From Elusimicrobiota bacterium (GTDB lineage: Bacteria; Elusimicrobiota; Elusimicrobia; Elusimicrobiales; UBA9959): DNA of 64,000 bases. The notes below the pieces were generated by a model. That model worked only from the letters and a program-made list of their open reading frames with translations, was not told the origin of the DNA and made no database searches. Made by a program: the position numbers and the translations under genes. Numbering within the stretch: the stretch's first letter is position 1; every line of letters starts with the position of its first letter. Below, piece after piece: positions 29,525-39,562 of this stretch. Location of the stretch: contig JAINCQ010000028.1 in the NCBI GenBank assembly GCA_036574205.1, positions 64,001 to 128,000 of the forward strand. The letters run 5' to 3'.

Positions 29525-32500
29525 TTAAATAACAGGATGCATTAAGCCAATATCTAATAAATATTTTATATTAACTTTCCATTCCTTTGAAAAATCTATA
29601 GATACTATTTTTGTAGAATTGTCGTGAGAAATGGTTGTTAAATAATAATTGCCAATAGGTATAATATCCTTATTAGCTATTCTAACCTCTCTTTCTATTT
29701 TCACAAGCATACCTGAGCGAAAATAATATGCTTCTTTATATTTGTTTTCTAATAATCTTCTTTTTTCATATAAAGATTCAAAAGCATAGATTGGTTCTCT
29801 TTCCCATTTACCTTTTTCGTTTTTATATACAATATATCCAAAAGACTCTTTTTTTTGTTTTAAATACTGTCCTGGCATTTTACCTTTTATAAATTCGCCA
29901 AGATTTTTAATTTTTCCAGATAAAAAGTCTTTTATATCTTTTTCTTTTATCTCAGAGCTTGCCTTAAGTAATATTTTTTTGGGTTTTCCACCTGCAAAAT
30001 AATTATCTAAAAACTGTTTCCATTCTTCTTGAGTTGGATTTGTATTTAGTTTCTCACTGAAGTCTTTTCTTATCTTTGGACTGAATATCTTATCAACATA
30101 TTTTTTAGCTGTTGCTATGTCATAATAGCCTTCAATATTTTTTACATCACCAACAAAACGGGTAACAAAAACATATTTATCTGTTCCATTTATTTTTCTC
30201 AAACCATATATAGTCTCAGCAAGTTTAGGTTTTTCATACCTTATATATTCAGGAAAGCACTTTTCAATATTTTCTTTACAATAATCAGGGGTAAACCATA
30301 CCGGGAAAAAATCTTTTTTCTTATCATTCATACTTATTTCAGGCAGCATAGATAAAACAAGAGCGTCTAAAGCATGATGTCTTGGATTATCTCTGTTTTT
30401 TTCGTCTATTTTTCCAGATAAAACAAGCTCTTTGTATTCATCATCATTAATATTTGGATATAAAATTCTATCCAATTTATAAGCATTTCTCATTTTGGCT
30501 GTTAAAGCGCCATTTGCTACTATAACTTTTTTAGTTGAACCTTTTGTAGCCTGTTCCCATCCAAAAAATAAATGACATATCTTCTGAGAAAGCTTTGCTA
30601 TATAGGCTGTTTCAGCAAGATGAGTGTATTTATCCACCAGTTCTCTGGCATCTGAAGATATTAATAGATCTTTTTTCTTATCATTAATCTTTAATCCATC
30701 TATTCTCCTTAAATATTCATTCCATCTATCTGTCTTACTTAGCCATTCATAAGGTGTTCTTTTCCCTTTTTCCTCATTGTTTTTTCTTGATGTGAGAACT
30801 TTATTTATATAAGCATCAGGTCCACCATCTTCCCGTGGAACTATATGATCTATTTCATAATTATCTATCTCTGTCTCTTTAATACTTTTCCCATCATATA
30901 TATCAATTCCGTCCTGTTCTCTAAATAATTTAACCTTTAAAACAGATTTTTTCCCTTTTAAACCTAATTCTTTAGCCTGATTAAAAGCTAAGTCATTTTC
31001 TTTTCTGTTTTTATTTTGTTGAGAAATAATTTCTTTCCTTCTTTTCTCACTGTAAAATCCCTCTTTCGGGTCTCTTACAAATTCAATAATTATTTTTTCT
31101 GGCTCACCATATTTGTTTTTTAATTCTTTAATCTTGTTATAAAATAATATCAATCTGTGTTTAACCACTGGATTTGTAATTTTAGATATTATTTCATTAA
31201 TTTTCCCTTGTCTTTCTTCTTCATTTAATTTTGCTTCTTCTTCCCTTGTATCAGGTATATAAAAATTATAATCATCTGGTAGTTTTGAAAGAAAACTATA
31301 ATCTTCTTTAATTAGTCCTTTTTTAGGATCCGTATTAGTAAGGTTACTAATTTTTTCATTATAAAGCTCTGATGGTTTCTTGCCGGATAATATCAACTCT
31401 TTTATTAATCTTAAAGCTGGTCGGCAAAAACTTGATCTTCCACTTGTTTTAGGCGCATCTATTTTTTTCTGGGAAGGATTAGGAACTGCATTGAAATTTT
31501 CTTTTAGATATTTGGCCCATTGTTTTTCAGTAACTTTTAATTTATCTTTAAATTTTTCAAATATTTGTTGTATTTGTTTAGGGTCAAATCTTTTCTCTTC
31601 ACCAGTTAAAATGTCAAGATAACTCATGTTTTTTATTTTCATTAAAAAAGTCACTTCTTTATTCAATTCATCCTTGGCTTTGCATACATTAAGTCTTGGA
31701 ATTAAAACACATTTTGAAATAATTCTATTATCAAATCTCGGAGTTTTCTGTGAAAGAAGTCCCTGCCATTCCCAGTCTCTGCCTCTGTATTTCTTGTAAT
31801 CTTTTAAATTATAAGCCGCATATTTGCTTTTTGAAGGACCATAAAGAATATAGTCTAAGTTTTCTTTTAAATAAGGATATTGCTCTCCTGCTTTTATTAA
31901 CATATCTTTTATTTCTTTTTCAATAAGTTCTCTTGGAATCACCACTTCTACTTTGCCATCTTTATTTCTAACAGGAGCAGGATTTTCTGAAATTCTTTTA
32001 GTCAAATTATCGGGTTCTTCTTGAGACCAGATCTCCATTTTATATGCTTCATAATAGCAAGGATAATAAAACTGTTTATTATCTCTAAATATGTTTTCAA
32101 GTTCTTTTTTATATCTTTCTACTGCTTCTTTGTTTTCTTTCTCATCAGTATTTTCTTCGGTTTCCTCTTCAACATTTCTTTTAGGTTTATTTATCCATGG
32201 CAAATCTGGATCATATCCTCTATGTTGTATGGCAGACCATATGGCTTTAAAAATTTGCCAGCCTTCTAATTTTCTTCCCTGTAAAAGAGCTATTCTTAAT
32301 AAAGCTGAATTGTATATTGTATTATCTCCTTCTTCTGGAAACTCACGGGACATTCTCTCATCAGGTTTTATAAATACGTTTCCTTCAAGATGTCCTGTTT
32401 CTAAAACTTCAATCCCTGCTTTTTTCGCCTGTTCTTTCCACCATTCTTCCCTTTTTTTATGAGCGATTCTTGTTCTTATCTGTCTTCTTCTTTCTCGTGC

Positions 32501-32629
32501 TTCTTTTAAAGTAGCAAAGTCAGAGGGTAATAAATCAACATCTAAATTTAAAATTTCTTTTTCTTTTCTTACACAGGTTCCAATACTTCCTGTACCTATA
32601 TCAAAGGCAAATATTGGTTTATTTTCCAT
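29525..32629 (-). CDS. cas9: Cas9, compact (1034 aa), II-C-type gene set
   Basis: RuvC-I AFDIGTGSIG, Arg-rich bridge helix, RuvC-II IIIEFVRD, HNH EIDHIVP..N..N..K, RuvC-III RHHALDA; no csn2 or cas4. Confidence 0.97.
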   Translation of the reverse strand: MENKPIFAFDIGTGSIGTCVRKEKEILNLDVDLLPSDFATLKEARERRRQIRTRIAHKKREEWWKEQAKKAGIEVLETGHLEGNVFIKPDERMSREFPEEGDNTIYNSALLRIALLQGRKLEGWQIFKAIWSAIQHRGYDPDLPWINKPKRNVEEETEENTDEKENKEAVERYKKELENIFRDNKQFYYPCYYEAYKMEIWSQEEPDNLTKRISENPAPVRNKDGKVEVVIPRELIEKEIKDMLIKAGEQYPYLKENLDYILYGPSKSKYAAYNLKDYKKYRGRDWEWQGLLSQKTPRFDNRIISKCVLIPRLNVCKAKDELNKEVTFLMKIKNMSYLDILTGEEKRFDPKQIQQIFEKFKDKLKVTEKQWAKYLKENFNAVPNPSQKKIDAPKTSGRSSFCRPALRLIKELILSGKKPSELYNEKISNLTNTDPKKGLIKEDYSFLSKLPDDYNFYIPDTREEEAKLNEEERQGKINEIISKITNPVVKHRLILFYNKIKELKNKYGEPEKIIIEFVRDPKEGFYSEKRRKEIISQQNKNRKENDLAFNQAKELGLKGKKSVLKVKLFREQDGIDIYDGKSIKETEIDNYEIDHIVPREDGGPDAYINKVLTSRKNNEEKGKRTPYEWLSKTDRWNEYLRRIDGLKINDKKKDLLISSDARELVDKYTHLAETAYIAKLSQKICHLFFGWEQATKGSTKKVIVANGALTAKMRNAYKLDRILYPNINDDEYKELVLSGKIDEKNRDNPRHHALDALVLSMLPEISMNDKKKDFFPVWFTPDYCKENIEKCFPEYIRYEKPKLAETIYGLRKINGTDKYVFVTRFVGDVKNIEGYYDIATAKKYVDKIFSPKIRKDFSEKLNTNPTQEEWKQFLDNYFAGGKPKKILLKASSEIKEKDIKDFLSGKIKNLGEFIKGKMPGQYLKQKKESFGYIVYKNEKGKWEREPIYAFESLYEKRRLLENKYKEAYYFRSGMLVKIEREVRIANKDIIPIGNYYLTTISHDNSTKIVSIDFSKEWKVNIKYLLDIGLMHPVI

Positions 32630-32720
32630 ATTTTTCTCCTTGTATTTATAATAATTTTTATTAACTAAACATATTTTACTATTTTTAGGATTCTATTTAA
32701 CTTTTTAGTCTTTGTTGCTA

Positions 32721-33033
32721 TGTAAGATATTTATACATACCTGTCTGCGTGCCTGCCTGAGCGAAGACACTCGCAGTCAGGCGGACACGCACAGGCAGGT
32801 TGAACTTTTTATGATTTTTAAATTGTTCATCTAAAAACCAATTTATTGGCGTTTTTCCGATTCAATTATTTATGGCGTTTTTCAATACCATAACATATAA
32901 TCTACAAGCCCTATCATTTAAACTCCATATGATGAATATTACCTTTCTGGACAGTTTAACTGCTATGTCCCCTCCCCTTTTTTCACCCTCATCCTTCACC
33001 TTCCCCCATCAAGGGGGAAGGGACGGTTTGACC
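32721..33033. repeat. Second copy of the dispersed palindromic element, directly upstream of cas9
   Basis: Near-identical to 6540-6921; lacks one internal ~90-bp hairpin module and carries a short internal duplication (TGGCGTTTTTC). Confidence 0.9.
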
Positions 33034-33245
33034 TCCCGGAGGTGAGCATCGAACTGACCGTCTCGCTCAGTCCAGTGTATTTTATCTTCAAAACAAAATC
33101 CCGTAATTTTACATGATCGTTGAAAAACTGTGATGATTGACCCGGAAAAACGCTAATGGAGTATTTAGATAAAATCATAAATCCAGTAGGTATAGTATCT
33201 TATACACCCCCTTGATTTTTGCTTAAAATGATATATAATATATTT

Positions 33246-33300
33246 ATCACGATGAGAGGCAAGCCGAAGGGTTCCGTCCCGAGACAATGCCTCTCTTTTT
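33246..33300 (+). ncRNA. Candidate small structured RNA / terminator convergent with the NYN gene
   Basis: TTGATT-N16-TATAAT (33212-33239), then ATCACGAT GAGAGGCA-[AGCCGAAGGGTTCCGTCCCGAGACAA]-TGCCTCTC TTTTT; a GC-rich island in AT-rich DNA. Confidence 0.45.
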
Positions 33301-33490
33301 ATTTGTACTCAAGTTTCCCGCGAAGATCATTCATAAAACTAATATAAGGCATCATTTTTCTGAAAAGAGATGAGTAATGATTTTTATCTGGTATCAATAA
33401 TTTTAACAATTTATCTTGATCTTTTAGATATTTCACTAAACAATAAAAATCTCCATCACCGGTTACAATGATTGCTTTTTCATTGCTCAT
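33299..33490 (-). pseudogene. Truncated NYN/LabA (PIN-like) domain protein, C-terminal part only
   Basis: AIIVTGDGDFYCLVKYL motif; the N-terminal catalytic DGxN and KG.D motifs are missing. Confidence 0.7.
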
Positions 33491-33672
33491 TTATATTATT
33501 TTAACATATCAATACAACAATATTTTGTCGTAAAAATTTGGTTTAATATAGAATGTAATAGAAAAATCAGAAACATATTGGCCTGTTATTAAAATTATTT
33601 ATATTTTTCTTTTATAGTTTTAGAAAATAAGACAGCATTATTGATTTGTTTGTTAAGTTTGCTAAAAAATTT

Positions 33673-35382
33673 TTAATAACTTTTTTTCCCAAGATAGCAG
33701 ACACATAAATTCTTTTTAGCCCTTGTCATAGCAATGTAAAGTAACCTTTTTGACTCCTGTTTGTTAAATAAATCAGCATTTTGCGCGTTATAAACTAAAA
33801 CATTATCGCTTTCAAGCCCTTTTGAACTGTGGACTGTTAAAACATAAATATTAGTATTATCTAAAAAGTTATTCATAAAACTTACATTAATGTTATTGGA
33901 TTTTAAATAATTAAATAAATCTTCAGCATCTTTATGGATTAAACATAGAATAAAAATATCGCTACTATTTTCATTTTTCATTCTATCTTTTAGCCAGCTA
34001 AGCAAAAATTCTTTTTCTTTATTTATATTATCAAATTCTTTTACTTCTACAGGCGGACCTTCCCTTAAAACCTTCTCAGGCGCCAGATATTCAGAATCGT
34101 TGTCAGAGACCTTATTATTTTTCTCATCTAAATCCTTTATAATTGAATAAGAATATTCAAGTATTTGTTTTGTGTTCCGATAATTTGTTTTAAGGACTTT
34201 TGTCCTTCCAACTATATTTATTCCTAATTCTTTCCAGCTAACCTTTCTGTTATATATAGATTGGGAATTATCAAGAGCAATTAGTAAAGAATTGGTACTA
34301 TCGTTTAAAAACTGTAATATAGTTTTATACCATAAATTTGAAAAATCCTGCCCTTCGTCTATTAATATTGCATCGTATTTTTTTTCTTTTATTAATCCGT
34401 TATTGCTTGCTTCAATCAATTTAGAGGGCAGAATCTTTTCCCAGTATATATCATCATAACTGGTTGCATTATCTAATTTGATTCCGCAGGAAGAAAGTTT
34501 TTTCAAACACCATCCGTGAAAAGTGTTTATTTCTATATTTTTATAATTCTTCAATAATCTTTTGAAATTGTTTGAAAGAGTTTTATTATAGCACAATAAC
34601 AATATTTTCCAGTTTGGATATAACATTGATATATACTTGGCGCGAGCAATGAGTATTATTGTTTTCCCACTTCCTGCCACACCTCTTATCAGATAATGTC
34701 CTAAGCCCAGATTTTTAGCAATCTGTTCTTGCTTAACCTCTATCACCTTAACAATATCTTCATCAATATTTCCTATTGTAAGTTCGGGATAAATAATAGA
34801 GCGAATGATGTTTATTTTGTCTTTATCCAGAAATATTTTTCCGTAATGTTTATTCATTTCAAGTTTTATTTTTTTTATAAGCCTATCATCCTTTAAATCA
34901 TTAGCACTGAAAATAAAATCGGAACCAAGTACTTCATTTAAATTGTTTGTAAAAAGAGACATTTTTTCAAAATCTCTGTCTGTTATATTAGTAAAAAGCA
35001 CTCCACAACCCCATTTCAATGAGATATCGTATTTTTTAAAATAGTTGTGGCTTTTTATTAGATCTATGATTTTTAGGATATACTCTCGTGCCTGTTGGAC
35101 AGGATTTTTAATTTTTTTTATCTGATCTCCAAAATCCACTGTAACTTCCTCTTTATTAATAGCTTTTATATTATTTATTTTCCAATCTTTAACTTCCAGA
35201 ACAAATATTCCAAAATCAGGATTTATTATTATAAAATCCGGGTAATAGCCTGAGATAGGAATGTTATAGTAAACTATATAATCATCTGGTAATTTTTCTT
35301 TAAGGTACTCAAAAGTTTTTCTTTCTCCTGGTGTAATGTAATTATTTGAAACTGGTAATGTTTCAGGAATAATCAAAGCCAT
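33673..35382 (-). CDS. NERD nuclease-like domain fused to SF1 (UvrD-like) helicase
   Basis: GE..., PDFII, LEVKDW, NPVQQAREY; GVAGSGKT, LIDEGQD, QSIY, NYRNT, HSSKGLE, YIAMTRAK. Confidence 0.85.
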   Translation of the reverse strand: MALIIPETLPVSNNYITPGERKTFEYLKEKLPDDYIVYYNIPISGYYPDFIIINPDFGIFVLEVKDWKINNIKAINKEEVTVDFGDQIKKIKNPVQQAREYILKIIDLIKSHNYFKKYDISLKWGCGVLFTNITDRDFEKMSLFTNNLNEVLGSDFIFSANDLKDDRLIKKIKLEMNKHYGKIFLDKDKINIIRSIIYPELTIGNIDEDIVKVIEVKQEQIAKNLGLGHYLIRGVAGSGKTIILIARAKYISMLYPNWKILLLCYNKTLSNNFKRLLKNYKNIEINTFHGWCLKKLSSCGIKLDNATSYDDIYWEKILPSKLIEASNNGLIKEKKYDAILIDEGQDFSNLWYKTILQFLNDSTNSLLIALDNSQSIYNRKVSWKELGINIVGRTKVLKTNYRNTKQILEYSYSIIKDLDEKNNKVSDNDSEYLAPEKVLREGPPVEVKEFDNINKEKEFLLSWLKDRMKNENSSDIFILCLIHKDAEDLFNYLKSNNINVSFMNNFLDNTNIYVLTVHSSKGLESDNVLVYNAQNADLFNKQESKRLLYIAMTRAKKNLCVCYLGKKSY

Positions 35383-35430
35383 AATTTTATTATAACATTA
35401 AAGATATTTGAAATATGTAATTGATAATTT

Positions 35431-36573
35431 TTATATTTCAAATTCTGATAAATCGGTATTTCCGTCACAATCTTTTATAAGTATCTGATATTTTGATGAT
35501 TTGAGAGTTTCAGTTATCGTTGTTTTAAAAGGAGATGAGGTAGTATCAAGGTATATTGAATTTGATTTTATTATTTCTCCGTTTTTTATAATTTCATAAT
35601 CTATTTTTTTGCATCTGTTTTCTATTACATTAATGAAAACTTTTCCATTATTAGCTTTTATATCTGTTATTAAAGGAGGGAGATTTTTTGACGCCGATTT
35701 TAAAAGTTCAGATGTGGCATATACCGCAACTTGAATCTGTCTTTTTCTTATTTCAGGACTTTTAGGAGCTAACTTGCATGAGGTTGAGTTATCATAATTT
35801 TCTTCACAAATAGTTTTAGCAAAATGATCTTTTCCACCACCATAGCTTCCATGAGGGCCATATGTGGAGTCTTTGCCAGGAGGTGGAGCATTTTTTGCTT
35901 CCTCCCAATAAGGAATTTTGGTTTCCGGGTCAATCCATTTTTTTAAATTTTTTCTTGTGTCATCCTGTGTATATTGATAATATTCCCATGGTTTTAAATT
36001 TTTTGGGAAAAAGTTTTGAGAGTCTGACATATCAATTTCATGATCATCTTCATAAAATCTTTCAAACTGATCAAAATAAAAGTGTTTTATATTTGCAGCA
36101 TGAACTGGAGTAGCCTGGTCTTGAGTAAGATGAACCATTACCCCTATATTTTCATAAGCTTCTTTAAAGTTTAGATTCTCCCATTGATATAAAACACCTA
36201 TTATCCTTTTCAATATAGCCCCATCTTTGGCTAATTCGGGTCCACTTTGGTCATATATTGGTTTTGTGCTATGCCATATTGAATAGGTATTTCCTCCATT
36301 ATGTTTAGGATTAGGATGACCTTCTTCATCACTTGATCCTTCAATTATATCTTTTTTATAGAAAAATAAATCTGGATATTCTTTTTCCGGTATTAACTCA
36401 AATGCTTTTTTAGCTATTTTTTTATGAACATTTCCGAAAAAATCATTTGACCACCATTTATTCTGATTTTCAATTATTGAATATGTTGGCTCTGGTATGC
36501 TAAGATCTTTGTTCTCTTTAATAAATAATTGCGCATTTAATATAACTTGAAATATAAAAATTATTTTTATCAT
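35431..36573 (-). CDS. Exported zinc-dependent phospholipase C / P1 nuclease-like protein
   Basis: Signal peptide; W...H, HLTQD..PVH Zn-ligand pattern. Confidence 0.55.
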   Translation of the reverse strand: MIKIIFIFQVILNAQLFIKENKDLSIPEPTYSIIENQNKWWSNDFFGNVHKKIAKKAFELIPEKEYPDLFFYKKDIIEGSSDEEGHPNPKHNGGNTYSIWHSTKPIYDQSGPELAKDGAILKRIIGVLYQWENLNFKEAYENIGVMVHLTQDQATPVHAANIKHFYFDQFERFYEDDHEIDMSDSQNFFPKNLKPWEYYQYTQDDTRKNLKKWIDPETKIPYWEEAKNAPPPGKDSTYGPHGSYGGGKDHFAKTICEENYDNSTSCKLAPKSPEIRKRQIQVAVYATSELLKSASKNLPPLITDIKANNGKVFINVIENRCKKIDYEIIKNGEIIKSNSIYLDTTSSPFKTTITETLKSSKYQILIKDCDGNTDLSEFEI

Positions 36574-36736
36574 ATTATAATTTTAACATTATTTTAATTT
36601 TTTTGGGAATATCCTTTTTCCCTATTTTTCTTAAAAAAATAGACTAATAATAAATAGGTCTTTTGGGTAATTGATAATAGGACTTTAGTTATTGAAATCA
36701 TTGTCAGTAAACTATAAACTATCATCAGGAGAAGCT

Positions 36737-37315
36737 ATGAGTAAAATTTTAAGAGGGTGGTTTTTTTTCTTAATATTTGTTGGCAATATAAATTTAAATT
36801 CTCAAAATAATAATGTTGGTTCTTACGCTTTTGATTTTTCTCAATATCAAAATAAGATTGATTTTTCCTTACTACCTTCAACAAGTTCCATATCTACTTC
36901 TATAGAAATAGATAAATTAGATTCTGATACTCAAAGTTGTAAATATCAGAATCAATACCTTACATATGGTACTAATATACTACCAAAAATTTCAGACTCC
37001 AGAAGAGTCAATGCTATAATTGAACTTGTTAGAAAGATAATTCAATGTCTCCCTCTCCCTTTTAAAGAAGATGGTCAGACTTTTTTAAATAAGGAAGGGA
37101 GATTGCCTCAGATGCCAAAAGGATATTATCAGGAGTATACTCTTATAGTTCCTAAAGATGCAGACAAAGAGTTTTATGTTGGAGATACTCATTATACTGC
37201 TTATCCATCATATGGGACAAGAGGTCCAGAGAGATTGGTTATTGGTGGAGGAAAAACTATATATTACACTCCTACCCATTACGACAACTTTGTTGTAATA
37301 GAACTTGTAAAATAA
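36737..37315 (+). CDS. Exported ribonuclease, RNase Sa/barnase (N1/T1) family
   Basis: DGQTFLNKEGRLP..GYYQEYT..RGPERLV.G..YYTPTHY; AGGAG RBS; signal peptide. Confidence 0.85.
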   Translation: MSKILRGWFFFLIFVGNINLNSQNNNVGSYAFDFSQYQNKIDFSLLPSTSSISTSIEIDKLDSDTQSCKYQNQYLTYGTNILPKISDSRRVNAIIELVRKIIQCLPLPFKEDGQTFLNKEGRLPQMPKGYYQEYTLIVPKDADKEFYVGDTHYTAYPSYGTRGPERLVIGGGKTIYYTPTHYDNFVVIELVK

Positions 37316-37341
37316 GTTATAATTTTTTATAAAATTTTCTT

Positions 37342-39015
37342 ATGGCTAAAAATATAGCTATTATTAGTGATGATCTTATTCTTAATGAAAAAATCATCAA
37401 ATCACTTGATTTAAATTACAATATAAAATCCTTTACATATGGTGTGCAGATTATTTCAGAACTTGAAGAGTTTAATCCTGATTTAATTATTGTCGATATA
37501 ATATCCATCTCAAAAGATTTTTTTGATTTTATGGATATGATTAAGCAAAGCTCTGAGCTTTGTGATAAAAAAGTTTTAATTTTGTCTCAAAATAAAAAGA
37601 TGGATGCTGTTATCGGTCCAACTCCAAAGGTAAGGGGTTATATCTCAAAACCTGTAGATTTTGATGAGCTTAAAGTAATTATAGATAAAAATGTAAATGG
37701 AGATAATAAATTAATAATGGTTATTGATGATGATACTGAGTTTCTTGATTTGATTAAAATATTTCTTGAGTCAAATAATTATAAAGTAATAGCAATATCA
37801 GATTCAAGAAGAGCTGTTGATAGTGTCAAGGCTAATGAGCCTTCGCTTATAATAGTTGATCTTATGATGCCTGAAAAGGATGGTTTTGAGATAATGATGG
37901 AGTTGTGCGAAAATAAAAAAACAGCTGATATCCCGATTATAGTTATATCTGCAATGGGATTTAATAAATTTAGCGAAAGAGGAATTATAAGTGGATATCC
38001 AGAATATATATCGCGAGATATACCCAGCGACATAATAAGAGAGATGATTGAAAATTCTTTGTCCGGGGTGTTTTATTGTGATAGTCAGAAAACTAAAGTT
38101 TTACTTGCAGATGATCAAATAGAACTTCTTTCATTGGTTAAGGAATCGCTTGAAAAAGCTGGGTTTATAGTTTTTTCGGCTGTTGATGGAAAAGAGGCGG
38201 TTGAGAAAATATATGAGTTTAATCCTGATATAGCTGTAATTGATTATGATATGCCTTTTAAAAACGGTCTTGAGGTTGCAGTTGAGATAAAAAACAATCC
38301 TGTTTATTCACATATCCCTATTATAATTGTTACAGCTAAGTCTGAAAGGAATGCAAAGATCAAAGGGCTTATGATGGGCGTTGATGATTATATAACAAAG
38401 CCTGTTGATACCGAGGAACTTATCGCTAGAATTAGAATGATAGTTAAAAGGAACAGACAGGTTCTTGATACAAATCCTCTCTCTAAACTTCCCGGCAATC
38501 CATCTATTCAGTCAAGAGTTGAAAAAGCTATAGAGAGAAAGGAAAAATTTGCAGTTTTATATATAGACCTTAATAATTTTAAAGCCTATAACGATGTTTA
38601 TGGTTTTGAGGCGGGGGATAAGGTAATAAAAACTCTTGCGAATATATTAGTTAAGGTCGTCATGCCAAATGCCTCTTCGTTTGATTTTATAGGACATATA
38701 GGAGGAGATGATTTTATTGTTCTTACAACTATAAGCAAAGCTGAAGATATTGCAAAGAGGATAATAAATAATTTTAATCAGATATCCCCTTCTTTTTATA
38801 ATGAAACTGATAGAAAAAATGGTTTTATAATTACGAAAGACAGGCTTGGCAATGTAACTCAATTTCCTTTAATAGGAGTTGCTATTGGAATTGTTCATAA
38901 TCTTTATAAACAAATATCCTCTTATGCTCAGGTAAGTCATATAGGAAGTGAATTAAAAAAAGCCGCAAAAGCAAGTCACTCAAGCGCGTATGTTATAGAC
39001 AGGCGAAGAGAGTAA
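37342..39015 (+). CDS. Multi-receiver GGDEF-domain protein
   Basis: Three REC domains; DLNNFKAYNDVYG, HIGGDDF. Confidence 0.9.
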   Translation: MAKNIAIISDDLILNEKIIKSLDLNYNIKSFTYGVQIISELEEFNPDLIIVDIISISKDFFDFMDMIKQSSELCDKKVLILSQNKKMDAVIGPTPKVRGYISKPVDFDELKVIIDKNVNGDNKLIMVIDDDTEFLDLIKIFLESNNYKVIAISDSRRAVDSVKANEPSLIIVDLMMPEKDGFEIMMELCENKKTADIPIIVISAMGFNKFSERGIISGYPEYISRDIPSDIIREMIENSLSGVFYCDSQKTKVLLADDQIELLSLVKESLEKAGFIVFSAVDGKEAVEKIYEFNPDIAVIDYDMPFKNGLEVAVEIKNNPVYSHIPIIIVTAKSERNAKIKGLMMGVDDYITKPVDTEELIARIRMIVKRNRQVLDTNPLSKLPGNPSIQSRVEKAIERKEKFAVLYIDLNNFKAYNDVYGFEAGDKVIKTLANILVKVVMPNASSFDFIGHIGGDDFIVLTTISKAEDIAKRIINNFNQISPSFYNETDRKNGFIITKDRLGNVTQFPLIGVAIGIVHNLYKQISSYAQVSHIGSELKKAAKASHSSAYVIDRRRE

Positions 39016-39084
39016 ACCCTATAATCTAAAAATTAAAATCTACAATTATACATCTGTCCCGATAAGTTATGTTCTTTATTAAAA

Positions 39085-39489
39085 TCATTTCTCAGAATAG
39101 TTTTCTCTTAAAAGTTTCAAGGCTTTTTCTATGTCTGAAACATTAATTAATATTCTGGATGGGCATAAAGATGCGGTGCCATATATATTTGTTATATTTA
39201 TATCGTTATCGGCTAAAAGCTTTGTTAACTTGATAAGTTCGCCGGGCTTATCTGGTATCATTAGTGATATCATGGTTGTTTCAAGAGTTGTAAATCCAGC
39301 CCTTGTAAGTATATAGCTTAATTTTTTATCCGAATCAACTGCTATTCTTATAACACCCGATTCATCATGTATCTCGGAAGAGATGCCTATTATGTTTATC
39401 CCTTCTTTAGCAAAAAGCTCTATAAACTTATGGAGTGAACCAGGTTTATTTGGAAGAAAGACTGTATATTGCTTAACAATCTTAACCAT
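39085..39489 (-). CDS. Tandem ACT-domain protein
   Basis: NKPGSL...NI and DKPGEL...NI repeats. Confidence 0.85.
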   Translation of the reverse strand: MVKIVKQYTVFLPNKPGSLHKFIELFAKEGINIIGISSEIHDESGVIRIAVDSDKKLSYILTRAGFTTLETTMISLMIPDKPGELIKLTKLLADNDINITNIYGTASLCPSRILINVSDIEKALKLLRENYSEK

Positions 39490-39562
39490 ATTTATATTTT
39501 ACAAATTTTCATATAAAAATGATAAAATAATTCTATATATATTTTTTTTGAGAGGTTGCTTG

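Noticed and set aside
32996..33178. 60-aa ORF upstream of cas9 (possible accessory or anti-CRISPR gene)
   Set aside because: Ends within the repeat element; no RBS or motif; cannot be supported.
39383..39562. Long N-terminal extension of the phosphomutase ORF
   Set aside because: Overlaps the divergent ACT gene; homology and an RBS point to ATG 39563.
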